Positions 17,077-28,629 of a stretch of 64,000 nucleotides of DNA are shown piece by piece. The notes beneath the pieces are model-generated. The model made no database searches and was not told where the DNA came from. It saw nothing but the letters and a program-made list of their open reading frames with translations. Each line of letters starts with the position of its first letter. Within the stretch, counting starts at the first letter, position 1. Position numbers and translations under genes: made by a program. Source of the stretch: the human T2T-CHM13v2.0 reference genome, Homo sapiens; assembly GCF_009914755.1 (NCBI RefSeq), contig NC_060930.1. One strand, 5' to 3'.

Positions 17077-17898
17077 CTAGCTTTTAAAAAAGTACTCAGG
17101 AATAAATTTAACAAAAGATGCCAATGACTTACATACTGAAATCTATAAAACATTGCCGAAAGAAATAAAAGATATAAATAAACTGAGCAATATATCATAT
17201 TCATGAACTGGAAGACTCAACGTTAAGATAAGCATTTTCCCAAACTGATCTCAGCTTCAAGGCATTCATGATTAAAATCCTATCAGACTATTTTATAAAA
17301 ATTAATAAGCTATATTAAAATGTATGTGGATATGCAAAGGACCTAAGATATAGCCAAACAATTCTGGGAAAAATTAGAGGACTTTCACTGCCTAAGTTCA
17401 AGTCTTCCCATATAAAGGCACAAAAATCAAGACAGTGTGGTTTTGGTGTAAGGATAGACACATAGGATACAGAAACAGAACTGATTCCAGAAATAGATCC
17501 AAATTCATATGGTCAATTAATTTTCACAAAGACACTAAGTCATTTTAACAAAGCAAGTGTAGACTTTTTATTCAGTTGTCAATGCTGAAACAATTGGACA
17601 TTGATGGGGAAAAAATGATCCTCAATCCCTATCTCACACCTTACATGAAAATTTGTTTGAAATGTATTAAAGAACTCAATATAAAAGTTAAAAAATCATA
17701 AAACTTCTATTACAGGAGACAATATCTTTACAACCCTGAGATGGGAAAAGATTTCTTAGGACACAAAAAGCATTAAACTTAAAAAAAAAAAAAACAAATT
17801 CTATTCATCAAAATTAAAACTGCTTTTCAAATGACATGTCTAAGAGAATGACAAAGTGCTACACAGACTAGGGGAAAGTTCAAACAGGTAGGTAGATA

Positions 17899-18635
17899 TG
17901 CTATTGGGAAGGGCAGGAATCCTCAGTTCTTAGTCCTACTTGGGAGAAAGGATTCTGCCAAGTGACAATTTAGCTTAAAAAGAACTCATCGAAGGAAAAT
18001 CGAGAGCAGAGAGTTTATTTAGAGAGACAATACCCTCTGAAAGATGAGGCAGAGTGGGTTGCTGTAAGAGAATGAGACAGCAGCACCCATTCTGCATTGG
18101 GTTTTTAGTATGTCGGATTTTTTCTTGAAGTTCTTGCCTCTTTCTTAAGTCTCCGCCTTTTTTCCTTGTCTAATTTTTCCTGCTTCTGCCTTAAGTCGCC
18201 ATCTTTTCCCCTCCCGGTCCCCACTCCAGGCTTGTGAGACCCTCTCTTAATATTAGTTGGTGCTCATGCATGAGCCTGGTGTTGGATACCCATTCTACCT
18301 AACGGCTGCATTGTTCATTAATGCCATCCCAGAAAGATTGTATAGCAGTCAAATCTGTACTTATTGTGCCTGCATATTTCTTAGGAATGCCCCCTTTTGT
18401 GCTTCTCCTTCCTTATCAGCATGTACCTAGGAACATTCTGATATTTTAACTGTAGAGTGAGAGATGACTGGGCATCTTAAGGGGTGTTGCTTTCTGCATA
18501 GGTATTTCTCCTCCTCTCTGCTCATATCCAGTATGCATGTTTTGGATAGTCTCTGGGGTGTGAGATTTTCCAGACCTCCCTTTTCTCAGGGGCTCCCCAC
18601 TCCTACTCATGTCTAGCTATTTGCCTACTCTAACA
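17899..18635 (-). mobile_element. MER50 ERV1 solo LTR
   Basis: Minus strand starts TGTTAGAGTAGGCAAATAGCTAGACATGAG (recalled MER50 start); 737 bp; TG..CA ends; 4-bp TSD gata on both sides. Confidence 0.85.
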
Positions 18636-18650
18636 GATAGGTAGATAGAT

Positions 18651-18696
<46 letters not shown>

Positions 18697-18880
18697 CAGA
18701 CAGACATAGATAGGTAAATAGATGGTAGATAGTAGCTAGATAGATAGACATAGATTAGACAGATGATAGATTAGATCATTTGATTGATCATTTGATAGAT
18801 TCAATAGATTAGATATAGAGATAGATATTTGACTGATTGATTTAGATGGATGATTGCTGGACAGAATGATGGTAGATAAG
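18636..18880. repeat. Compound tetranucleotide STR (GATA)11(GACA)3 with a degenerate GATA tail
   Basis: Perfect core at 18651-18706 read directly. Confidence 0.97.
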
Positions 18881-19279
18881 ACACTTTTTGTACAGATGTG
18901 TCTTCTTTGTGTTTCCCATAATTCTTGTCCCTCATGTCTGTGTTACAGAAGCAATGATCTAAATACATATATAAGCCAGTAAAGTGAACGCCAACAAGGT
19001 GTCATCTTTAGTCAAGGAAATAGGAACAAGAGCTCAAGACCGAAGCCCTCCAGCAGGGGAGAACATAAGTGTTAAAAATCACAAGGCATTCTCTGAGAAG
19101 TAGGCAAAAGTACAGTGTTATATCATACCATGCGACACAATCAGACCATCATCAGCTTTGTTAAAATAAAATTCCCTGTGATGTTTATCTGATTTGGCCC
19201 ACCCTTGGTGGTAGAACCCAAATATTTTACATAGCAATAAAGTGTTCTTGTGATCAGGCATTTTCCACTTGTATTATAT

Positions 19280-19480
19280 GTTTTGAGTACCCAGTATTGA
19301 TCTGAGGGCTTGAAAAATATTAGCCCATTTAATACAATGACCTTATGAAGTAGGTGCTCTTATTGTTATTTCCATTTTATAAGTGAGTGAAGTGATTCAC
19401 AGAGCCTTGAAATTATCTGCCCCACATCACAAAGTTAGTCAATGGCAGAATCAAAACTCATCCCAGGCAGGTGGACAGCA
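19280..19480 (-). mobile_element. MIR
   Basis: ccttatgaagtagg...ccattttataagtgagtgaa...cacatcacaaagttagtcaatggcaga antisense MIR core. Confidence 0.75.
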
Positions 19481-19699
19481 GTTTCTCGGGCCCTAACTTG
19501 TTGATAAGGAATGATCCCCCTCGCTCCTCCCTGTTCTAAAATGAGAGCTATACATTTTATGCACACACATGTACAATGCCAAGTGGCTTTGCTATCAGTC
19601 TCCAGGACCACTCACTGAGGAGTGATGTCAACCTTCTAGCAGTGTCAGTAAAGGAATCATTTTAGCTGAACTGAAGTGTCTTCTTTGTGTGTCTATAGT

Positions 19700-19887
19700 T
19701 CTTGTTCCTCAAAGGGTGATCTCAAAAACAGCAGCATCAGCACCATCTGGGAATGGGTTAAAAATGCAATTTCTCTAGCGGTGCCCATGACTGACAGAAT
19801 CAGAAGCTGTGGGGTGCATTCTAGCCTCTGATTTATCAAATGCCCTCCAGGTGATGACCAGGAGGCTAACATGGGAGAGTCACTGGT
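19700..19887. mobile_element. MER5A hAT-Charlie MITE
   Basis: cagcagcatcagcaccatctgggaa...aaatgcaatttctc...gaatcagaagct...ccctccaggtgat. Confidence 0.82.
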
Positions 19888-20166
19888 CAAGGGGACTGCC
19901 TTTTCGCTTGAGGGTTCTGGTCACTCTTGGCATTTATTATCCATTGACTCAAACTTCCATCTTTAAGCACCGAGCCTTTAACTTTTGATTTGGAGTGAGG
20001 GCTTCGTTTTGTTAAAATCTTGAAAGCTGGCTATAGTGTGTGATACTGCAGCTGGTGAAGGTACGCTCAGTGTGGCTATATTGGCAACTGCATTCTTACT
20101 GGCATATCAGATTTGCTTTTTTTCTTTTTCTACTATGACCATAGAAGAAGGATGTCAAAGTCTGAT

Positions 20167-20835
20167 TGAAATCACCATTGCAAAATTATAACTGAGACAA
20201 TGAAAGAGATCTGACCTAACCAACTCCGTCTTGCTTCTAACCTCCAAGCTGTCCTTGTTCATTTCTGGGCATAGGCTGAACTAACTATGGGAGGAACCTA
20301 GCTTTGAAACAAAGAGATCACGGCCCTTTCCCAAAACAAACCCCTTTAGCCACAAGATTTGAAATTATGGGTTAGGAGTCATGTGGCTGAAGGCTGCAAG
20401 ATTCTAAACCTCCCCAAATTGCTCCTGGGGATAGCATCCCTATTGTAAAACCTAAACTCGGTACTGAAGATATTTTGCAGACCATGCACTCCATCATCAT
20501 CACAGCCATTGATCTGGCTGGCACCACCCAGATCAAGAAACTGACTCATCTTGTCTTGTGGTCCCCCGCCTAGGAACTGACTCAGTACAAGAGGACAGCT
20601 TTGACTCCCTATGATTTCATCTCCCACTCAACCAATCAGAACACCCTACCCACCAAATTATCCTAAGAACTCCAATCCCTGAATTCTCAGGGAGATTGAT
20701 TTGAGTAATAATAAAACTCTGGTCTCCTGCACAGCTGGCTCTGTATGAATTACTCTTTCTCTATTGTAATTTTCCTGTCTTGATAAATCGACTCTGTCTA
20801 GGCAGTAGGCAAAGTGAACCCATTGGGCAGTTACA
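20167..20835 (+). mobile_element. LTR8 ERV1 solo LTR
   Basis: Starts tgaaatcaccattgcaaaattataactgagac, ends gaacccattgggcagttaca; matches recalled LTR8. Confidence 0.9.
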
Positions 20836-22429
20836 CCTCTGGCAGGGAAATATTCTACCTATTTAAAGAAACAACTGAAAGTGAGTTCATTGAACAAGAA
20901 TGCCATGTAACTTTCCGTGTAATTCCCTTAACCACCTTGCTGGTAAGAATGCTTCACTCATTATTGCTCAGTCACTTGGGGCCATGATAACTCTTCAGAA
21001 GAGGGAAGTTCATGTGGGCGAGAGCTGGTGTAGGCCAGGTAGAGAAGGAGGAGCAAATGACACAAACCATGAATGCAAGTTTTGTTTTTCATTGTAAAAC
21101 ATTACGTTTCTTCCCGCTATGAGCATCAAGCGGGAAACGATCTGTACGTTGGAAGAAAAACAAGAGTTCTACTTTAATAAAACAAGAACACACATCACCA
21201 CCTACACATCGGATATCTGGCAGTAGATCATGGCTACAGGATTTATAGGAAGCACAGAAATGAAGAGGAGAAATCAAGAACTAGCCCAGAGACTGCAGGA
21301 CTCATTAAAAATACCTATCTTTAATTAAGAAATGAATATCTTTGAGAAGAAAATAATGGATTGTGGAAATGAGCTAAGAGAGGAAAAGAGGTTCTGATTA
21401 AAATTACCTTCTCAAGGAGCTAGAAAAAATGTTAGGTATCTTCTAGTACAACCTCCTGATTTGACAGAAGGAGACTGAGTCACTCTGTTTGGAGCCAAGT
21501 AACTTCCAAACCAAGGTCAACTACTCCTTAGACCAAGAGACCAGAACTCAGACCCTGGTCTCTTGGCTTCAATTTGTTTTGGATGATTAAAGTCTTTATT
21601 CTTCTGAAATGTGCCAAATGATTGAACTTCAGAAAAGGGTGAAGTCACCACGGACTGGCTGTCCAGGGGGCTATTCAATTAGAACAGTAAATAAAGCTTG
21701 ATTTAAGTTTTCAGTGGCATGAATATCAGAGCGGTGCAACAACCTGATCCCCTATAAGGCTCTGGAAAGGCAAACTCATAAAGTGTGAAAAATGTATCCA
21801 CAGTCCAGGAAAAGAAGACCAGAACAGGCTCTCTCCTAAAGAGAAATGGACTAAATTTTCACTGGGTGGGTAAGAAGCCTCCTATGGACGCAACTTCTAC
21901 TTTATGATCAGCCTAAGGCAGAGCCACAAGTCACAAACACAACTTCAGTGCTTCTATCCATGAGTCAAGCCTGCCCCTGAGTAACACAAGGGACCTTCAC
22001 AGTGTCTATTAAGATAATTTTAAAAATCAAGCACACAAGAAAGAAAAGCGTCATTCTGATGCTGATTGAGGATGCTATGTTTTGGAGTTGTTTCATACAG
22101 TTCTTTAAATTTTCATAAATAGAGTTTCTGCCTCTATTTGCATTCTAAAAAGATGGTCCTTTTTCTTTCTAACATTAACATGATATCACCCTCCCCAACT
22201 CAAAAGTAAAATGAAAAGAACAGTTAAGGTTCAAAATGTTTAAATCATGCAAAAATCAAGGGAAATAAGAATAAAAAGCAATACCTCTTTGTTTCAGCCT
22301 GCCCTTGTTCCTGTGAAAATCCATCTCATTATATTCATGGGTTCTAATTTAAAGAATAACACACTCGGTGGGAGTCCAATGACTGTTAATGCTGCTATTG
22401 TTAACATCATGAATGGTGTGGGGCTTTTT

Positions 22430-22700
22430 CCTACCCAGGCACCACATTTTGGAACAAAGGAAAGGAACAAGGTGGCTCTGCTATTATCCAAATTGGCCTC
22501 TGGCATCCACCGGAGGAAGTGACTGAGGCCGGCTGCTCTTTCTCAGGTATCCCCGGGGAATATACACGTGTGATTAGCCTAACTGGCCACTGGGTGTGAC
22601 CACGCTCCACACAAAAGGAAGCAGAGGCTGTTCTCAAGGGATTTTCCTGGCAGGGCTTAGACACGCGCGTGCACGCACACACACGTGCGCACACACACAC
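22430..22700. promoter_or_regulatory. Putative enhancer-like motif cluster (ETS/PU.1, E-box, RUNX-like)
   Basis: GAGGAAGTG 22513-22521, CACGTG 22565 and 22682, ACCACA 22441, locally raised CpG in unique sequence. Motif evidence only. Confidence 0.35.
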
Positions 22701-23346
22701 CATGAAGTCTTCACCCTTGGAAGGGAAAGCTTAAAAAGTCAGTTCATGCTTGTTCGTGACTTCCAAGTATACACTTCGGGTCCACGTTATTCATTCTCCT
22801 TTTCTCTCTACAATTATAACCCATCTTTCTATTAGGTCTCAATGAAAGAATAAGAAGCGCATCAGTTCTGTATCCCAAATAACACAAATCAAAAGAAATC
22901 ACCCCTTACACTGAATCTAAACATGCCTGCAGCAAAATCTTTCCATCCTAAAATCATATACCTCTGATTCCCACAACTAATGCTGTCTGTGGCTGGATTG
23001 CAAAGACAAGTATTTCTGGGTTTCTTTTGAAGAGCAAAGCCCAACATATTTGTGGTAGTGAATTAGACCTACATCCACTGCAGTTTTAAAGAAAACTGAT
23101 TCAGGTATGCACGACAAGGACTTGAGTTCCAGTGTCATATAAGAGCACTGTGCTCAATAACTTCTCATGATACTACTGGCTAATCAGGATTTTTCATTTC
23201 CTTCCACACACTGAACAGTATTTAAATGGCAGAGCAAGGGAAGGAAGGATAAAGTCTACTATTGCAAAGAAATATTAAAAAAAGAGTAACCACTCACATT
23301 GTTTGTTTTCAGCTTTATTGAGATATAATTGACAAATAAAAATTCG

Positions 23347-23676
<330 letters not shown>

Positions 23677-23920
23677 AAAATTTTATATATTTCAGATGTA
23701 CAACATGATGTTTTAAGGTATATATTCATTGTGAAATGATTACCACAATCAGGATCATTAACACATCCATCACCTCGCGTAGCTGCCATTCTTTTTGCGG
23801 GTAGTGAGAACTTTTAAGATCTACTGTTAGCAAATTGCAAGCATACAATACAGTATCATCAGCTGTAGCCACAATGCTGTGCATTGGAACCCCAGAACTT
23901 ATTAATCCTATGACTAAAAG

Positions 23921-24530
23921 TGTCAGAGGCATTTGAACCAGAGCAACTCCATCTTGACTAGGACTGAGTAACATAAGGCTGAGTTCTGCATTCTAAGTCA
24001 CAAGATGAGACAGGAGGTCGGCACAAGATTCGGGTCATGAAGACCTTGCTGATAAAACAGCATGCAGTAAAGAAGCCAGCCAAAACCCACCAAAACTAAC
24101 ATGGCGACAAGAGTGACCGCTGGTAGTCCTCATTGCTACACTCCCACCAGCGCCATGACAGTTTATGAATGCCATGGCAACGTCAGGAAGTTACCCTGTA
24201 TGCTCGGAAAAGGGGAGCCATGAGTAATCCACCCCTTGTCTAGCATATAAACAAGAAGAAATAGCCATAAAAATGGGCAACCAATGGCCCACCTTGCTGC
24301 CCTGCATAGGGAGTAGCCATTCTCTTATTCTTTTACGTTCTTAATAAACTTGCTTTCACTTTATGAATTAGCTTTGAATTCTTTCTTGTTTGAGATCCAA
24401 GAACCATTTCTTGGAGTCTGGATCCAAACCCCTTTCCAGTAACATCTTTCCGGCAACCAAGGAAGAGACAATGCTGAGGAAAACCCCAATCCAAAGGCCA
24501 ACTATGGGTAAGTGGTGGGGTTCAGTAACA
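23921..24530 (+). mobile_element. MER41A solo LTR (23921-24444) plus 86 bp of leader-like sequence (24445-24530)
   Basis: tgtcagaggcatttgaaccagagcaactccatcttg ... cccctttccagtaaca; lacks the MER41B GAS block; near-TSD aaag/taag flanks 23921-24530. Confidence 0.9.
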
Positions 24531-24822
24531 TAAGCTTATACTCTTTGGCCAACATCTCCCAATTTTCCCACAACCCAGCCTCTGGCAATCACTGGTCTAC
24601 TCTGGTTCTATGAGTTTGACTTTTTTAGATTCCACACATAAATGAGATCATACTGTATTTATCTTTCTGTATCTGGCTTATTTCACTTAGTATAATCTCC
24701 TCCAGGTTCATCTGTATTGTTGTAAATGGCAAGATTGGCTTTGTTTTTACGGCAGAATAATATTTCACTGTGTGTGTAAATATACACATAAAGAAAATAT
24801 GGTGTGTGTGTGTATATGGGTG

Positions 24823-24938
24823 TATATACATATATACACCCATATACGTGTATATACATATATACACCCATATATATGAGTATATACATATATACACCCA
24901 TATATATGAGTATATACATATATACACCCATATATATG
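24823..24938. repeat. About 30-bp TA-rich tandem repeat (tatatacatatatacacccatatatatgag), 3-4 copies
   Basis: Direct reading. Confidence 0.92.
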
Positions 24939-25241
24939 TATATCGCATATATATAGCGCATATGTATATCGCATATATATAGCGCATATGTATATCGCAT
25001 ATATATAGCGCATATGTATATCGCATATATATAGCGCATATGTATATCGCATATATATAGCGCATATGTATATCGCATATATATAGCGCATATGTATATC
25101 GCATATATATAGCGCATATGTATATCGCATATATATAGCGCATATGTATATCGCATATATATAGCGCATATGTATATCGCATATATATAGCGCATATGTA
25201 TATCGCATATATATAGCGCATATGTATATCGCATATATATA
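24939..25241. repeat. 26-bp minisatellite (tatatcgcatatatatagcgcatatg), 11 perfect copies plus a partial copy
   Basis: Direct reading; the phase is the same at 24941 and 25201 (260 bp = 10 units). Confidence 0.97.
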
Positions 25242-25246
25242 CAGTG

Positions 25247-25296
<50 letters not shown>
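25247..25296. repeat. (TA)n(CA)n compound microsatellite
   Basis: Direct reading. Confidence 0.95.
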
Positions 25297-25303
<7 letters not shown>

Positions 25304-25538
25304 CTTATTTTCTTTATGTAGTCATCCATCTATGGACACGTAGGTTGTTTCCATATCTTGGCTACTGTGAATAATTCTTCTAAAAACATGAGAGTGTAGC
25401 CATCTCTTCAAGATGCTGTCATGGTGCCAGTGGGAGTGTCTTTCAGCGTCTAATACATTCCTTTGGATATATACCCAGTAGTGGTAGTTCTGTTTTTGAT
25501 TTTTTGAGGACTCTCTTTACCATTTTCCTTAACAGCTG

Positions 25539-26151
25539 TGTTACCAGAAAAGGGTCCTGATCCAGACCTCAAGAGAAGATTCTTGGATCTCACCCAAGAA
25601 AGAACTCAACAGAAGTCCATACAGTAAAGTGAAAGCAAGTTTATTAAGAAAGTTAGAATAGCTACTCCATAGGCAGAGCAGCCCCGAGGGCTGCTGGTTG
25701 GCTATTTTTATGGTTATTTTTTGATTATATGTTAAGCAAAAGGTAGATTACTCATGAGTTTTCCAGGTAAGAGGTGGGCAATTCCTGAAACTAAGGGTTC
25801 CTTCCCCTTTTAGACCATATAGGGTAACTTTCTGATGTTGCCATGGCATTTGTAAACTGTCATGGTGCTAGTGGGAGTGTATTTTAGCATGATAATGCAT
25901 TATAATTAGTGTATAATGAGAAGTGAGGACAACCAGAGGTCACTTCCATGGCCATCTTCGTTTTGGCTAGCCTCTTTACCACAACCTTTTTTTTATCAGC
26001 AAGGTCTTTGTTACCTGTATCTTGTGCTAACCTCCTATCTTATCCTGTGACTTAGAATGCCTAACCTGGGAATGCAGCCCAGTGGGTCTCTGATTCATTT
26101 TACCTAGCCTCTAATCAAGATGGAGTCACTCTGGTTCAAATGCCTCTGACA
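25539..26151 (-). mobile_element. MER41B solo LTR
   Basis: tgttaccagaaaagggtcc ... ggttcaaatgcctctgaca; contains the MER41B-type block catgagttttcc...gggcaattcc and tagcatgataatgcattataattag. Confidence 0.9.
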
Positions 26152-28629
26152 GTTATACCAATTTACATTCCCATTAACGTGAACAAGGGTTCTATTTTTT
26201 CCACAAATTGACAAACTTTGTTATTACTTGTACTTTTGATAACAGCCATACTAATAGGTTTGAGGTAGTATCTCAGTGTAATTTTGATTATATTTCCGTG
26301 ATGATTACTGATGTTGAGCACCTTTTCATTTACCTGTTTTCCATTTGTATATCTCCTCTTGAAGAATATCTATTCAGGTCCTTTGCCTATTTTTAAATTG
26401 GATTACTGGGGGAGGTTGTTTGTTTGTTTGTTTTTTGCTATTGAGTTGTATGATTTTCTCATATATATATATATATATTGGATATTCAGCCCCTCTCAGA
26501 TACATAGCTTGCAAATATTTTCTCCCATTTTGTAGGTTGCATTTTTATTTTGTTGGTGGTTTTGGTTTTTTTTGTTTGTTTGTTTTTGCTTTGCAGGAGT
26601 TTTTGGTATGATTCAATCCCATTTGTCTATTTTTGCTTTTGTTGTCTATGCTTTTGCGATCATATACAAAAAAATTATGGCCAAGACCAATGTCAAAGAG
26701 CTTTCTATGTTTAACTCTAGGAATTTTACAATTTCAGGTCTTACATTTAAGTATTTAATCCATTTTGAGTTAATTTTTGTGTATAGTGTAAGATTGGATT
26801 CTTAAATCCAATTTCATTCTTTTGCCTGTAGATATTCAGTTTTCCCGACACCATTTGTTAGAGACTATCCTTTCTCCATGGTGTATTCCTGGAACCCTTG
26901 TCAAAGATTAATTGGCTATTTATGTGTGGGTTTATTTCTGGGCTCCCTATTTTGATCCATTGGTCTATATGCCTATTTCTAAGCAACTAAGAGAGCATAC
27001 AGGATGTAATGCTTTATTTATGTAAAAATAAAAATTGTACCATACTGCATTGATTACTATAACTTTGTAATATAGTTTGAAATCAAGAAGGGTGATGCCT
27101 CCAGCTTTGTTCTTATTATTCAAGATTGCTTTGGACTTTGAGATCTTTTGTGGTTCCATATGTGTTTTAGGATTGTTTTTACTATTTCAATAAAAAATGC
27201 CATTGGGATTTTGAATGGTATTGCATTGAATCTATAGATCACTTTGGGTAATGTGGACATTTATACAATATGAATTCTTCCAATCCATGGACATGAGACA
27301 TCTTTCCCTTTATTTGTTTTCTTCAGTTTCTTTCATGGATATTTTATAGTTTTCAGTGAGCAAACCTTTAGGCTCCTTGGTTAAATTTAATCCTAAGTAT
27401 TTTACTCTTATTGATGCTATTCATTCACATTATTTTAATCCAACCTTTAATTACCTTTATTCTCAGTTTCCAAATAGATCACACACACACATACACGCAC
27501 GTACACAAAGATATATAAGCATGTGCACACACATGATGGAACATTTAATATTGACCTATAGTTTAAATTGTGTCTTTCTCTTTGAGCACACACAAAGGGG
27601 TATTCACTTGACTTATACCATTTGTCCCCAAAAGGTTCACGGTGCTTTCACAGGGCTATATGAAAGAATAGGAATAGGCACATTACATCTCCAAGAAGAA
27701 GCAGGGTCCAATATTGCCCTTAAAAGCACATCCTATTTTTCTAGCATCTTACCTCAAAGAAACCCTTAATGTGTATGTGCAGTGCTCGGAAAATATTTGT
27801 TGATTGCTAATGCTGTGTCTGAAAATCAGTTGGAAGATGTTTACCCAAGCCTGCCAGTTTACAAAGATCAGCTAAGTGCCTGGCGATCCTCCACGTTTCT
27901 TAACTGAGGATATATTTCTTTAAAGGAATGTTTCTGTGGATAGTCCAAAAACTGAACGACAAACCACAGATTCCGAGCTCGGACTGGAAATCCTCAGTGG
28001 GTCCTGGAATCATTGTCCTTTTGTACTAAGCACAACAACAAGGCATTTTATTTTTACATAAAAAAGTATTACATTCTATAAAATTTCTTAATTGCTTAAA
28101 AAGAGACGGGCATAATTAATGGAATTAATGAAAACAAAATAAATCTCATGGTTCTTAAGATTTTCATCCATTTTATTCTTTAATTTTTTTTTTCAGGAAA
28201 AAAAATTTAAGTCACACTCATGGCCAAGAGTGTATTGATAGGTATTTTAACATCCCAAGATAGTAAAAGCAGTAGCTGTTTTTTCTTAAGAAGGAAGGTT
28301 TAAACATATATTATCCTTGGTGAGATGAAGCTCAGAGACCAGATTCACTTTGTGCCATTTTCTGGTACTACTCTAGACTCAAATCAATTCTAACAGTAAT
28401 GCGCTAACGAGTAGCAGGGTGGTTGCTTTTAAAGTTATTTTCCATGGCAAATTGCAATGGGGGTTTATAAGTGCCAAAGATAAAAATTGACTCAAAGATT
28501 ACTGGCTGTTAATTTTTGTCAATTAATAATCAGTGGGAACCATTAGAATTAGTATAGTAGAATTAGCAACATCTCTTTTCAACGGGTTCAAGTTTAAATA
28601 AAAAGAAGACTAAATTCCACATGATAGAA

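Noticed and set aside
18898-19690. 15-bp exact direct repeat gtgtcttctttgtgt (18898 and 19676) as the TSD of an orphan transduction
   Set aside because: No poly(A)/poly(T) next to either copy, and the motif is low complexity, so chance is plausible.
24939-25241. CRISPR-like periodic array
   Set aside because: Units are contiguous with no unique spacers, there are no cas genes, and the context is primate DNA.
24625-25329. Longest ORFs (234, 206 and 176 aa) with repeating YMRYTYALYICDIH...
   Set aside because: Translation of the stop-free 26-bp minisatellite (three units = 26 codons); no evidence of coding function.
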